Positions 22,322-32,407 of a DNA stretch of 64,000 bases are shown here, in pieces. The notes beneath the pieces were generated by a model, which was not told the DNA's origin, ran no database searches, and was given only the letters and a program-made list of their open reading frames with translations. Position 1 is the stretch's first letter. Each line of letters starts with the position of its first letter. The position numbers and the translations under genes are program-made. This DNA is from Candidatus Magasanikbacteria bacterium RIFOXYB2_FULL_38_10 (GTDB lineage: Bacteria > Patescibacteriota > Patescibacteriia > Magasanikbacterales > UBA10003): the NCBI GenBank assembly GCA_001783145.1, contig MFQT01000002.1, positions 24,941 to 88,940 on the forward strand. The letters run 5' to 3'.

Positions 22322-22350
22322 ATTATGATATAAAATTGCTTTTTAGTCAA
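22322..22350 (-). promoter_or_regulatory. sigma70-type promoter
   Basis: TTGACT-N17-CATAAT upstream of 22268. Confidence 0.65.
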
Positions 22351-22395
22351 GAGTTTTAAACTTTAAAAGACCCTGTTAAAAACAGAGTCTTTTAA

Positions 22396-22469
22396 TGGGC
22401 AGTATAGGATTCGAACCTATGACCTAACGGATGTAAACCGTTCGCTCTAACCAACTGAGCTAACTGCCC
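22396..22469 (-). tRNA. tRNA-Val(TAC), CCA not encoded
   Basis: GGGCAGT acceptor stem, AACGG-TTTACAT-CCGTT anticodon arm, GGTTCGAAT. Confidence 0.95.
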
Positions 22470-22489
22470 CTAAATTATTTTCTCCTAAA

Positions 22490-23437
22490 TCAAAATTGTC
22501 TATTTTTCCCCACAATCATGGCTAACTTTTTTTTATTAATTTCAATAGAAATCATAGCCTCCTTGCTTTCGCGACCATCTGCCACCACCAAAGCCGGCTT
22601 TTCCATTTTTAACAAAATTTTCTTAAAAAAGAAAGTACTGATTTTCTTTTTCTTTTTACTAGCCATCAAACTGGACAAAAGCCCGCCCCCGGTCGGCCTA
22701 AAGTATATCTCCATCTGGCCGTCTTGCGGATGCAAATGAAAACGCTGACTTTCAAATGGCGGAGGTAACAGATTGGCTATAGCCACTTCAAATTTTTCTT
22801 GACGCAAGTCAGCAGTAAAATTTTCATCGCACTGCACCCTTAATTTGGCGGAAGGAATAAACAAATAACAAATGAAAAAAAACTTTTCATTAATAGTGGC
22901 ATAATCCAATTTCTCAATCTTGCGCGCCGAAATAACTTCACAGGCTTTTTCATTTAAAGGCATTCCCAAAACCTCGGCAAAATGATTTCTTTTTTGGCCC
23001 ACAGGAATAAAACCAAAGGTGACATTTAAATCTGCCGCCCGGGACAAAATCCTGATAAAAGTATCATCATTTCCTACCATTACCACAGTACTGGAGCCAT
23101 GACGCATCTCATCTTCTATTAAAACCTTGGGATTAGTAAAAGAAGACAATTTAATAGTCTTACCAAAAATCTCAAAATCACGCAACCTTTTTTCTATGTT
23201 GGCAATAATGTTTTTATACTCCGGATCTTGAACGTAGGTATCGTAAAGATAAATGTAACTATTACTGCTTTTTTTATCCAGCCCGTAGTTTAAATTAGCG
23301 GGTGGCAAAACGCTTTTTATACGTCTGGCAACACCATTCCTTTGCATTCCTCCGTTCACCAAACTCTGCAATTCTTTTCTGGCCTTTTCCGGATTAAGAA
23401 AATTTTTTTTAAGCGGTTTCAAGGCCGGCTTCATCAT
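22490..23437 (-). CDS. Diacylglycerol-kinase-family (DAGKc-like) protein, divergent
   Basis: VVMVGNDDT in place of GGDGT, GFIPVG, N..A..LG, ADG near C-terminus; start uncertain. Confidence 0.65.
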   Translation of the reverse strand: MMKPALKPLKKNFLNPEKARKELQSLVNGGMQRNGVARRIKSVLPPANLNYGLDKKSSNSYIYLYDTYVQDPEYKNIIANIEKRLRDFEIFGKTIKLSSFTNPKVLIEDEMRHGSSTVVMVGNDDTFIRILSRAADLNVTFGFIPVGQKRNHFAEVLGMPLNEKACEVISARKIEKLDYATINEKFFFICYLFIPSAKLRVQCDENFTADLRQEKFEVAIANLLPPPFESQRFHLHPQDGQMEIYFRPTGGGLLSSLMASKKKKKISTFFFKKILLKMEKPALVVADGRESKEAMISIEINKKKLAMIVGKNRQF

Positions 23438-23825
23438 ATCCTTCAGATTTTTTTCCGGGTTTGCCTTTGCCTTTTTCACTCTCATCCATTAAAGTATGGC
23501 CTTGCAAAATAGCGCCGGCAGATACAATTAGTGTTTTAGTGGTGACATCGCCAAAAACTTTAGCAGTAGGAGTTAATTCTAAAATTGTAGCCAAACGCAT
23601 ATTGCCTTTTACCTCTCCAGCCACCACAGCACTGTCGGCTATCACATCCGCATTAACCTTAGCCCCTTCTTCCACACGCAGTTGTTTGGCAGTTTTGATT
23701 TTGCCGTTAACTTGACCCTCAATAATTACATTACCCTCGGAAACAAAGTCGCCTTCTACTTTTACGGAAGGACCTACAATTGTTTCTACATCGCCTCCTA
23801 CTTTTTCTGCGTATTTGTCAGTCAT
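23409..23825 (-). CDS. Bactofilin (polymer-forming cytoskeletal protein)
   Basis: TIVGPSVKVEGD...IEGQVNG...VAGEVKGN beta-helical repeats. Confidence 0.92.
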   Translation of the reverse strand: MTDKYAEKVGGDVETIVGPSVKVEGDFVSEGNVIIEGQVNGKIKTAKQLRVEEGAKVNADVIADSAVVAGEVKGNMRLATILELTPTAKVFGDVTTKTLIVSAGAILQGHTLMDESEKGKGKPGKKSEGYDEAGLETA

Positions 23826-23920
23826 ATTTAGATATGAATTATTAGTAGATTAAAGTAGATTTACTTTAGCTCAAAAAACCTTAACTGTCAAACTTATTTT
23901 AAGGCCTGACGAAAAACCCA

Positions 23921-25561
23921 TTAAGCCGCCACTTGAGTGGCTTTAAGCTCTTGTTTTACGGGCACACTAAAACCAAATTCGCTACCTTTATCTTTGCCCA
24001 AACTATCACACCAAATATCTCCTTTATGGCCAGCCACAAATTTGGCAGCGATATACAATCCCAGTCCGGTACCACTGCGACCCACCGCAGTTAAAACGTC
24101 TTTGCTTCTAAAAAATTTGGAAAAAACCTTTTCTTTGTCTTCTACACTAAGCCCAATGCCGGTATCCACTACGCTTACGGCAACCTTGTCGCCTAAATCC
24201 CGCAGAATTATTTTAATAGTCCCCTTTTCCGTATATTTGATAGCATTATCTACAAAATTAAAAATAACATTAACTATTTTATCTCCATCCATTTCGGCAA
24301 AAACTTTATTCTTGGCCTCGTTGACAAAACTCATTTTAATTTTAGAAGGCAAACGCGATTTTAATTCGTTAGTCACGTGTTCAATTAAAATGTTCATTTC
24401 CGTCCGCGTAAATTCAAATTGCATCTTACCGCTTTCAATCTGGCTTAAATCTAAAAATTGATCGACTAAATGCATTAACCTTTCAATACTGTAAGCAATA
24501 TTATTTAAAATCGGGGTAGTTTTTTTATCCAATTCGCCATAATCGCCATCACTTAAAAGAGAAATGTATCCTTTAATAACAGACAGCGGGGTGCGCAATT
24601 GGTGGGAAGCAATAGACAAAAAATCATTTTTGGAATGTTCCAATTCTTTAAGTTTCCAATTGGCATCGTCTAAAAGTTTTTTCAATTCCCGAGTTTTTTC
24701 CAACCTTTGAACCTCTTGTAGAATACTGCGCACCAAAAAAAACCCAAAAATTGCCGTAAATACTAAAATTATAAATTGCCAAATGGTTTCCACAATGGAA
24801 CCGGCAAAAAGCATGCTCCCTGCGGCAAACAAAACCAAACAAAAAGCAAAAATTTCACCGATTAAAACCTTAGGATGAAAAAGATAATTTTTATACAAAG
24901 CAAAACTGATGGCAATGGCGATTAAAACTCCGGATATGGGACCAAGCCAAAAATATTGCGATTGCTGTCCAGCCAAAGGATTGGTTAAAAAAACATTAAA
25001 AACCAATCCCGGGGAACTGCCTAAAATAACCCCCCAAAAAATGTAAGCCAGTTGACGCCGAGAAATTTTGTCTTCGGCTTTTTTATATCTTTTGTAAAAA
25101 ATTGCCACGCCAAAGAGCCAAAAACAAAGGAGGGCGGCAGAAAATAATTGCACACTTTCCGAAACAAAAAAAGCATCGCGTCCCCAACTGGCATGAGTGA
25201 TACCTATTAATAAATTTCCCGGCCAAAGCAAAAAAATAGAAAAAATAAAACCAAAACCTAAAAGCCAACGCAACAAAAAATGCGGACGCGGACGACTGGG
25301 CGGAAAAACATAGGCAAAATAAAACAGCCACAAACCAATCCACAGTCCCCCCACATGGCCCACTTCTAACCAAAAAAGAGCCAAAGAATCTGTTTGGGCT
25401 ACCAAAAACCCAATCATTCCCAAGGACCACAAGGCGGCCGAAACTAAAATCCATCCAAAAGCCTGAAAATGAGTGGCGAATTTGTAGCGTTTAATAAAAT
25501 AAGCGCCCGCCCCCACAGTGAAAAAAATAATTAAACTAATGAAGACAAATTGCCACTGCAT
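23921..25561 (-). CDS. Multi-TM (HisKA_7TM-like) sensor histidine kinase
   Basis: Many TM helices; H-box ASHQLRTPL, N-box NFVDNAIKY, DTGIG, GTGLGL. Confidence 0.92.
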   Translation of the reverse strand: MQWQFVFISLIIFFTVGAGAYFIKRYKFATHFQAFGWILVSAALWSLGMIGFLVAQTDSLALFWLEVGHVGGLWIGLWLFYFAYVFPPSRPRPHFLLRWLLGFGFIFSIFLLWPGNLLIGITHASWGRDAFFVSESVQLFSAALLCFWLFGVAIFYKRYKKAEDKISRRQLAYIFWGVILGSSPGLVFNVFLTNPLAGQQSQYFWLGPISGVLIAIAISFALYKNYLFHPKVLIGEIFAFCLVLFAAGSMLFAGSIVETIWQFIILVFTAIFGFFLVRSILQEVQRLEKTRELKKLLDDANWKLKELEHSKNDFLSIASHQLRTPLSVIKGYISLLSDGDYGELDKKTTPILNNIAYSIERLMHLVDQFLDLSQIESGKMQFEFTRTEMNILIEHVTNELKSRLPSKIKMSFVNEAKNKVFAEMDGDKIVNVIFNFVDNAIKYTEKGTIKIILRDLGDKVAVSVVDTGIGLSVEDKEKVFSKFFRSKDVLTAVGRSGTGLGLYIAAKFVAGHKGDIWCDSLGKDKGSEFGFSVPVKQELKATQVAA

Positions 25562-25571
25562 AAAATAAAAT

Positions 25572-27164
25572 CTAAGGTTTTAAAGGAAGCCAAATATTAA
25601 AAGTGGAGCCTTGGTTAACCCCGGAGGATTCCACCCAAATTGAGCCATTATGGGCTTCCACAAATTTACGGCACAAAAACAAACCTAAACCAACACCATT
25701 AGCATCAACCGCTTTTGCATTATTGGTGCGGTAAAACTTTTGAAACAAATTAGCCAAATCGGCCTCTTCTATGCCAATACCCTGATCTTTAATTTGTGTT
25801 AAAACTCCTTCACCATCTTCCATCATTCTTAATTGCACATCTTTAGAAAGTCCATACTTAATAGCATCATCAATTAAATGATCAAAAACATGAGTGAGTT
25901 TTTCCTCATCGCCAAAAATCTTCACCGGCTCATCAGGCAGATTAGTAATAATTTTAATCTTCTTTGTTTTGGCGGTTTCCGCTAAACGTTCAATCACCGC
26001 TTCTACTACTTTTCTTAAATCCAAATCTTTAGATACATATTGCAACCTTTGTTCTTCTAGCCTGGTGATATCCAAAAATTCATCAACCAGTTGATTTAAT
26101 TTTTTATTATTCTGATCAATGGCGGAAAAAACTTCATCAACTTTTTTATCGGCCTTGCCATAGGCTCCTTCTCTTAACAAGGAAATGTAGCCACCAATAA
26201 TAGTTAAGGGGGTGCGTAATTGATGGGCGACAATAGATAAAAAATCACTTTTAGCTTTATCCAAAACAATTAAAGATTTATTGGCCTCCTCTACTTTGGC
26301 AGCCAATTTTTGCATTTCTTCCCTCTTGTCAACTTCTTCTTTAATGGTACGAATTAAAAGCCAACCTAAAAAAGCCACAGTTAAAGTAAACAAGGAACGG
26401 AAAACAATTTCCCAAATTGATTTAGATAAAAATAACCCGATGATAATTAAAAAAAGGATTGAGGCGATAAAAATTTCCGTACGAATAACTTTGGCACCAA
26501 GCAAATGATGCTGAGTAATGGCATAGGCCAAAATAAAAGGAAAAGCCAGGCCGGAAAAATAAGAAAAAGGGTAACGAATATCAATGTTGTAAGCCGAAAG
26601 ATAAGCTGTGCCGCCCACAAACATTACAACGGAAAAAGCCAAAACCACGTAAACGGCTTGAGTTTTAAATTTTTTATCTTGACTGTTTTTATACGCTCGC
26701 CAAATATTGATGATAAAAATTTGTACACCCCAATAAAAAAAGAGCAAAAAAAAGTGATGCAAAATTCTGGCTTGAGTGTGAGCTCCCCAGCTATAACGAT
26801 AGATTTCATCAACAAAATAAGGAGTGCGGCTGACTAAAAGAAAAAAAATGGATACTAAATAAGTAAAAATCAAAATTTTTCTTTGACCCTTGTTATTGGT
26901 AAACACCAAACTAAAATGATGCATTAAGGCGGGCATTAAAGAAACCCCTAAATAAACGAATCTGTCCCACCAAACAGCCGCCACCTCATTATTTTTGTTT
27001 AGAAACATCATGAAGGTGCCCACCAGCCAAAAAATCATCGCCACGCAAAAAGCCAAAAAAAGGCGGTTAAGCGGCGAGCGCGGATTTTCATAAAAAACAA
27101 ACCAAGCCAAAATGGCCACAAAAATGGCGCAGACAAGCGGTAAAATTGTGCCGAGGTCAAACAT
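25572..27164 (-). CDS. Multi-TM (HisKA_7TM-like) sensor histidine kinase with atypical N-box
   Basis: H-box VAHQLRTPL, N-box DHLIDDAIKY, DQGIG, GVGLGL. Confidence 0.9.
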   Translation of the reverse strand: MFDLGTILPLVCAIFVAILAWFVFYENPRSPLNRLFLAFCVAMIFWLVGTFMMFLNKNNEVAAVWWDRFVYLGVSLMPALMHHFSLVFTNNKGQRKILIFTYLVSIFFLLVSRTPYFVDEIYRYSWGAHTQARILHHFFLLFFYWGVQIFIINIWRAYKNSQDKKFKTQAVYVVLAFSVVMFVGGTAYLSAYNIDIRYPFSYFSGLAFPFILAYAITQHHLLGAKVIRTEIFIASILFLIIIGLFLSKSIWEIVFRSLFTLTVAFLGWLLIRTIKEEVDKREEMQKLAAKVEEANKSLIVLDKAKSDFLSIVAHQLRTPLTIIGGYISLLREGAYGKADKKVDEVFSAIDQNNKKLNQLVDEFLDITRLEEQRLQYVSKDLDLRKVVEAVIERLAETAKTKKIKIITNLPDEPVKIFGDEEKLTHVFDHLIDDAIKYGLSKDVQLRMMEDGEGVLTQIKDQGIGIEEADLANLFQKFYRTNNAKAVDANGVGLGLFLCRKFVEAHNGSIWVESSGVNQGSTFNIWLPLKP

Positions 27165-27195
27165 AAAAAAATTGAATCAAACATTATTATATCAT

Positions 27196-27227
27196 AAAAA
27201 AAGGGATAAGCCTTGCGACCTATCCCT
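27196..27227 (-). terminator. Intrinsic terminator of the 27244-28326 unit
   Basis: AGGGATAGG-TCGCAAGG-CTTATCCCT then T-tract on the minus strand. Confidence 0.75.
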
Positions 27228-27243
27228 GAGTTGATTGTTTGCC

Positions 27244-28326
27244 TTAATGAATGTAAAGCGTGCGCAGTTTTTCCGCGATGGCCATTTCACTCTGCGGGAA
27301 AGGTTGATGGGCAATGCCATTCAACGCACCCTGTTTCAAAAGATATTGCGACACTGGCGGGTCAATACTCTTAATGTTGTGCTTGGTAGATAAAACTGAT
27401 GCTGACAAGATGCAACCAAGCATACAACCATAAGTGGTTCTCCCGTTATTTTCATCTTGACCCATACCGAGATCAACACCTATACCCCTAGGTGCAATGG
27501 CCTTAGGCAAAACCCCGCAACCCACAGGCAGAATGGAAACAGGCCAGCCAAGAAAGTCCTCCTCTCTGACGGCTGGCGGAATACAAGCATCCAAGACAAA
27601 AGCAGCCGGTGTTACATGTTCTGGCAGAATCCTGCTCTCAGGAGAAGAGTGAGCGGTAAAAATCAACTCACAGCCACCCTGACGCAAGGCAGTGAAATCC
27701 TTGGAAATGGTTACCAAAAGAAGCTGATTAATCCTTTGCAAATCATCTACCAGTCCTGTCACTTTTGGATCTTCAGGATCTCTTACTACCAGAACCATGC
27801 TGTTAACTTCGCTCGCCATGAGCCTGGCAAAACCAGCGCCCATGAGTCCAGCGGCGCCTACGATACCAAGACAAACCCTTTGCAAAGGCAAGCCCAGATT
27901 ACCCAGTTTCTTGGCGGCACTGTAAGCCAAAGCCATGCTCATGTCATCACCATGATCAAGCCTCAGACCCAACTGATCCGCCTCTTCCACCAAATCCTGT
28001 CCGCTGTGAGAAACCGAAGCCACCAGCGAACCCAGACCAATATCGGTTGCGCCAACTTTCTTGGCGGCACGCATGGCGCGCTTGATCAAATCTAGTGATT
28101 CTTCGCGATAGCGCAAAAACTGCAAAGGCCGCCTGTCAATAAGAAGAATCTGGAAATCCACCCCCAAAATTTCTGTCTTAGGGGACCACCAGAAAAACCC
28201 ATCTCTTTCGGCTTGCTCTTTCATTTTCATCGTCATCTGAGCAAGCTGAATATCGGTATTGTGAGGCTCTTCACGGAGCTGAGACAAAAACACCACAAAT
28301 CTCTTGGTAACTGGTGCAGTTTCCAT
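27244..28326 (-). CDS. Acyl-ACP reductase/COG5322-like NAD(P)-binding oxidoreductase (stand-alone unit)
   Basis: GATDIGLGSL, LDHGD, GIVGAAGLMG Rossmann motif, VLDACIP, YGCML at the position of the AAR catalytic Cys; GGAGG SD. Confidence 0.65.
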   Translation of the reverse strand: METAPVTKRFVVFLSQLREEPHNTDIQLAQMTMKMKEQAERDGFFWWSPKTEILGVDFQILLIDRRPLQFLRYREESLDLIKRAMRAAKKVGATDIGLGSLVASVSHSGQDLVEEADQLGLRLDHGDDMSMALAYSAAKKLGNLGLPLQRVCLGIVGAAGLMGAGFARLMASEVNSMVLVVRDPEDPKVTGLVDDLQRINQLLLVTISKDFTALRQGGCELIFTAHSSPESRILPEHVTPAAFVLDACIPPAVREEDFLGWPVSILPVGCGVLPKAIAPRGIGVDLGMGQDENNGRTTYGCMLGCILSASVLSTKHNIKSIDPPVSQYLLKQGALNGIAHQPFPQSEMAIAEKLRTLYIH

Positions 28327-28339
28327 CGCTTCCTCCCTA

Positions 28340-28414
28340 TGTTTAAGAACAATTATTGCATACCCAACTTGGAACGCAACAGATTATCCTACTTAATATA
28401 TCACAATTTGTCAA
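28340..28414 (-). promoter_or_regulatory. sigma70 promoter plus boxA-like leader motif
   Basis: TTGACA-N17-TAGGAT (28414-28386); GTTCTTAAACA (28350-28340). Confidence 0.65.
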
Positions 28415-28459
28415 GAGCAGGGATTTGTCTGGGATTTGTCCACAGGGACTTTCAAAGAC

Positions 28460-30157
28460 CTACATCTCTTTTATAATTGGAATTCCTAAAATGAACAGAC
28501 CATTTTCCAAAACCTGTCTCACCATTCTTACTAATTCCAAACGCGCCGCCACTAATTCACTTCTTTCGGCTTTCAAGACCGGGCAATTTTCATAAAAATT
28601 ACTAAAATCCTGACACAGCTCATAGAGATATTTGGCGAGCTGTGAAGGATCCTGCCTTTCCCCTGCTACAATAATGGCCCCGTTCAAACCGGCCATTTTC
28701 AAAATTAATTTTTTTTCAAAATCGGAAATCAACAAAGAATAACTTGTTTTTAAATTTATTTTTACTTTTTTTAAAAGGCTATTCATTCTGGCCAAACTAT
28801 ATTGCAAATAAGGAGCGGTAAAACCATCAAAAGAAATTGCTTCTTTAATATCAAAAGCAATTGTCTGATTGCTACCAACTTTTATCATGCTAAATTTTAA
28901 AGCGCCAAAGGCTAAGGCTTTGGCCGTCTTATCCAATTTAGCCTCCGACCATTCCGGATGTCGTTTTTTTGTTTCTTCTTTGGCCGCGCGCAAGGCTTCA
29001 TCGCGTACCGTTTCATATAAAATCACATTGCCGGCGCGCGAAGACATTTTTTCTCCACCAGGTAAAGCGACTAATTCGCAAGCCACGTGAGACATCTTAT
29101 ATTTAAATCCGCTGAGTTCCAAAATCTTGAATAATTGTTGAAAATAAAATTTCTGTTCTGTACCGGTTAAATTTATACTACCGGTAATTTTGGAAAACTT
29201 CTTGGCCTTGACCTTGGCTAATCCTAAATCCGAGGTTAAATACAAACCGGCACCATCGCTTTTTCTGATAAGGGCGACATCCAAACCAAAACTTCCTAAA
29301 TCAATAATAATCGCCCCACCCTCCCCTACTTTGGCAATTCCCTTTTGTAAAAGCTCGTCAACCACTTTTTGTCCCAAGTCTTTAACGTCTTTTTCATAAA
29401 AAACTGTTTTATGCTTTACCTCAAGTTCTGCAAAAATATTTTTAAAACCATCCAAACTCCATTGCCTGGTCTGCAAAAATAATTTCCAAATCTTTTTGTC
29501 TTTGGCTTCAAGCATTTTCAGCATTGCTTTAGATTCTTCAGCTTGTTCCGGATTTTCTTTTAAATAATTACTGGCTTCGGCATAAATTTGTCCCAACCAT
29601 TTTTGCTTATCAGCTGGCGGTTTTTCTCCTTTGTGCAAATTAACTAAGCCCCATAAACACTTGGCCACGTGCGCTCCAAAATCATTGATGTAATTAACCC
29701 TAATCACTTTGGCACCGGCGGCTTCATATAAATTGGCCAAGGCATTACCCAAGCACATTATTCTTAAATGACCCACATGTATTTCTTTGTGAGTGTTATT
29801 GGAAGGATACTCAATTAAAATTTGCTCACCTTTCTTGGCCGTACCTTGCCCATATTTATTTTTTTTCTTTTTGATTTGGGGTAAAACCAACTCCGCTACC
29901 ATAGCCGGATTAAGAAAAAAATTAAGATAAGGCCCGCTTGCCTCAACTTTTTCTATTATGGAATCTTTATTAGTCAAATTATTCAATTTATTAGCCAATT
30001 CAAAAATTTGATTGATCCCTAGATGTTCTGTTTTACCAAAACAACCAAATGAAAAATCTCCCATTCCTGGTTGAGGTGGTTTTTTTAATTCAATTTCTCC
30101 ACTTACTCCACCATCTTTGAGAAGTTCAATGATTTGTTGTTTAATTTCCTCCAACAT
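28460..30157 (-). CDS. argS: Arginine--tRNA ligase
   Basis: HVGH, NYINDFG, KMSSRAG, PYLQYS, DALR-type C-terminus. Confidence 0.96.
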   Translation of the reverse strand: MLEEIKQQIIELLKDGGVSGEIELKKPPQPGMGDFSFGCFGKTEHLGINQIFELANKLNNLTNKDSIIEKVEASGPYLNFFLNPAMVAELVLPQIKKKKNKYGQGTAKKGEQILIEYPSNNTHKEIHVGHLRIMCLGNALANLYEAAGAKVIRVNYINDFGAHVAKCLWGLVNLHKGEKPPADKQKWLGQIYAEASNYLKENPEQAEESKAMLKMLEAKDKKIWKLFLQTRQWSLDGFKNIFAELEVKHKTVFYEKDVKDLGQKVVDELLQKGIAKVGEGGAIIIDLGSFGLDVALIRKSDGAGLYLTSDLGLAKVKAKKFSKITGSINLTGTEQKFYFQQLFKILELSGFKYKMSHVACELVALPGGEKMSSRAGNVILYETVRDEALRAAKEETKKRHPEWSEAKLDKTAKALAFGALKFSMIKVGSNQTIAFDIKEAISFDGFTAPYLQYSLARMNSLLKKVKINLKTSYSLLISDFEKKLILKMAGLNGAIIVAGERQDPSQLAKYLYELCQDFSNFYENCPVLKAERSELVAARLELVRMVRQVLENGLFILGIPIIKEM

Positions 30158-30162
30158 AATTG

Positions 30163-31356
30163 TTATTTAATCTTTACAAAAAACCTGCTTCCTTTTTGCA
30201 CCATATCGCCGCTCTTTACATCCATTTCAATGGAATCTATTTTTTGATTATTAACTTGCACGCCGCCCTGTTCCACTACCCGCCGCGCTTCGCTTTTGCT
30301 TTTAACAAAACCGGCAGCCACTAAAACTGCTAAGATATTTTTATCAGTCACTTTAATTTCCATCATTTCTTCCGGCACTTCTTTTTTAGTAAAAGTTTTT
30401 ACAAAATGCTCTTGCGCTTCAACAGCCAACTTTTCCCCATAATACATTTTTACAATCTCACCCGCTAAACGCATTTTTAAATCTTTAGGATTAGCACCTG
30501 CTTTCAATTCTTTTTCAATATCTTTAACTTCTAAAACAGGCATTTCCGTGCACATCTCAAATCCGCCCAAAATCATGCCATCGGTCCAACTCATTATTTT
30601 GCCAAACATTTCCTCCGGCGTATCGGATAACGCCACCATATTACCGGTGGTTTTACCCATTTTTACACCGCTGTTATCTGCGAGTAATTTCATTGTTAAA
30701 ACAAACTTTTCTTTATTTTTTAATTCTTTCATTAAATCCCGTCCGGCCAGCATATTAAAAGTTTGGTCATTGCCCCCAATTTCGCCGTCCACGTCCATAG
30801 CTACGGAATCGTAAGCTTGCATTACAGGGTATAAAAATTCATGAAGATAAATAGTTTCATTTTTTTTCAAACGTTCTTGAAACATATCCCTCTCCAGAAG
30901 TCTGGGTACGGTAAAATGCGCAGTTAATTCCAAAATATCAGCAAAATTCATTTTACCAAGCCACTCGTTATTATATTTTATTTCCGCCGCATTTTTTCCT
31001 TCAAAATCTAAAATTGCCGAAGCCTGCTTTTGATAATTCTTACAATTGTTTAAAACTTCTTCACGGGTTAATTTTTTACGCACTGCCGTTTTGTCCGTCG
31101 GATCACCAATCATCCCGGTAAAATCACCAATCAGCATTATTATTTTATGTCCTAAATCTTGAAACTGGCGCAATTTTAATAAAGTAATTCCGTGGCCAAT
31201 ATGTAAAGTGGCGGCAGTTGGATCGTAGCCGGTATAGATTTTTAATTGTTTGCCCGATTGTAGCAAACTTTTTAAAAAATCTTTGGTGGGATATATATTT
31301 TCCACGCCTTTTTTTAAAATCTCTTCAATTTTTTTAGGGTCTGTATCAACTGACAT
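30163..31356 (-). CDS. tyrS: Tyrosine--tRNA ligase
   Basis: GYDPT..LHIGH, YPVMQAYD, GGNDQ, KMGKT, S4 domain; start at MSVDT. Confidence 0.96.
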   Translation of the reverse strand: MSVDTDPKKIEEILKKGVENIYPTKDFLKSLLQSGKQLKIYTGYDPTAATLHIGHGITLLKLRQFQDLGHKIIMLIGDFTGMIGDPTDKTAVRKKLTREEVLNNCKNYQKQASAILDFEGKNAAEIKYNNEWLGKMNFADILELTAHFTVPRLLERDMFQERLKKNETIYLHEFLYPVMQAYDSVAMDVDGEIGGNDQTFNMLAGRDLMKELKNKEKFVLTMKLLADNSGVKMGKTTGNMVALSDTPEEMFGKIMSWTDGMILGGFEMCTEMPVLEVKDIEKELKAGANPKDLKMRLAGEIVKMYYGEKLAVEAQEHFVKTFTKKEVPEEMMEIKVTDKNILAVLVAAGFVKSKSEARRVVEQGGVQVNNQKIDSIEMDVKSGDMVQKGSRFFVKIK

Positions 31357-31384
31357 ATATAATTTTATATAAAATATTTTATAA

Positions 31385-32407
31385 TTATCCCACAATCGGC
31401 ACGGTAATTTTAAAGGTAGTGTTCCAACCGCCGTCAGTATCCGGCGACATCACCTCTATATTACCCCCGACTTTTAAAAGACGCTTATCAGCATAAGCCA
31501 AACCCTTGCCCCCTTCTTCTATCCCGCGCAAAGCCTCTTCCTTGGTAGAAAATTTTTCATCAAAAATCCTGCCTTGAATTTCTTTGGGTATGCCTATTCC
31601 GTTGTCAGAAAATTTAAAAACCAAATTTTGTCCGTCTCTTTCAATGATCAATTGCACTCGACTATCTTGCATATTTTTTATATCCGATCTTAAAGCATTG
31701 GATAAACAATTCTGCAAAATATTAAAAATCAAACCGTGAGGAGCTTTAATTTTCAAATTTGTCGCTTCCTCCGCTGTAATATTGTTATAAATTACTTCTG
31801 GTTTGTTATTCAAATATTCAGGACCGCTTTTGTGAAAACCGCCGTCAAAACCACCTAAAAGCCATTCCAAAGTTTTGACCAAACGTCCAATGTCTTTTTC
31901 TTGATCAATATTCCTCACCATTACTTCCGCGGGATTCTCTCCTCTTAAAAATAAATCTTCCATTATTAGACGATAGGCCTCCCAATTCTTTTTTACGGAA
32001 ACCCACCTTTCCAACAAATACTCCAGATCTTGTTCGGTAAATTCTTTCCCTTTCAAATAATCTTCACAAATGTCTTCCAAAATAATCTGTTTGCTCATAT
32101 CTATAACCGCCCTTCTAAAATTTTTAGCATCGTGGGTAAAATAGCCTTTCATTTTTTTAGATAGATGACGGCTCAAATCTCTTGTTTTTAACAAATTATC
32201 TAAGGCTGATTTGATTGAAGAAAAAACTATCTCATTTTCTTGATTGCGACCAACTGTCAAACGATGAATCAAAGACTCAACCTCTACAAAGGCCTTATCA
32301 TATAAATCCAATTCTTTAAAAGGCATTAAATGAATCTCTTTTGCCTCTTTCAAAAAGATATCCGATTTATTTTTTAAAATTATCTCTCCATTATTTTTTT
32401 CAAGCAT
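31385..32407 (-). CDS. Soluble HATPase_c / histidine-kinase-like protein
   Basis: THDAKN possible H-box, NCLSNAL, DNGIG, FSTK, GKGL; no TM helices. Confidence 0.75.
   Translation of the reverse strand: MLEKNNGEIILKNKSDIFLKEAKEIHLMPFKELDLYDKAFVEVESLIHRLTVGRNQENEIVFSSIKSALDNLLKTRDLSRHLSKKMKGYFTHDAKNFRRAVIDMSKQIILEDICEDYLKGKEFTEQDLEYLLERWVSVKKNWEAYRLIMEDLFLRGENPAEVMVRNIDQEKDIGRLVKTLEWLLGGFDGGFHKSGPEYLNNKPEVIYNNITAEEATNLKIKAPHGLIFNILQNCLSNALRSDIKNMQDSRVQLIIERDGQNLVFKFSDNGIGIPKEIQGRIFDEKFSTKEEALRGIEEGGKGLAYADKRLLKVGGNIEVMSPDTDGGWNTTFKITVPIVG

Noticed and set aside
22396-22469. tRNA-Val lacking encoded CCA as a possible pseudogene
   Set aside because: The cloverleaf is intact and a CCA-adding enzyme is encoded at 38709-40259.
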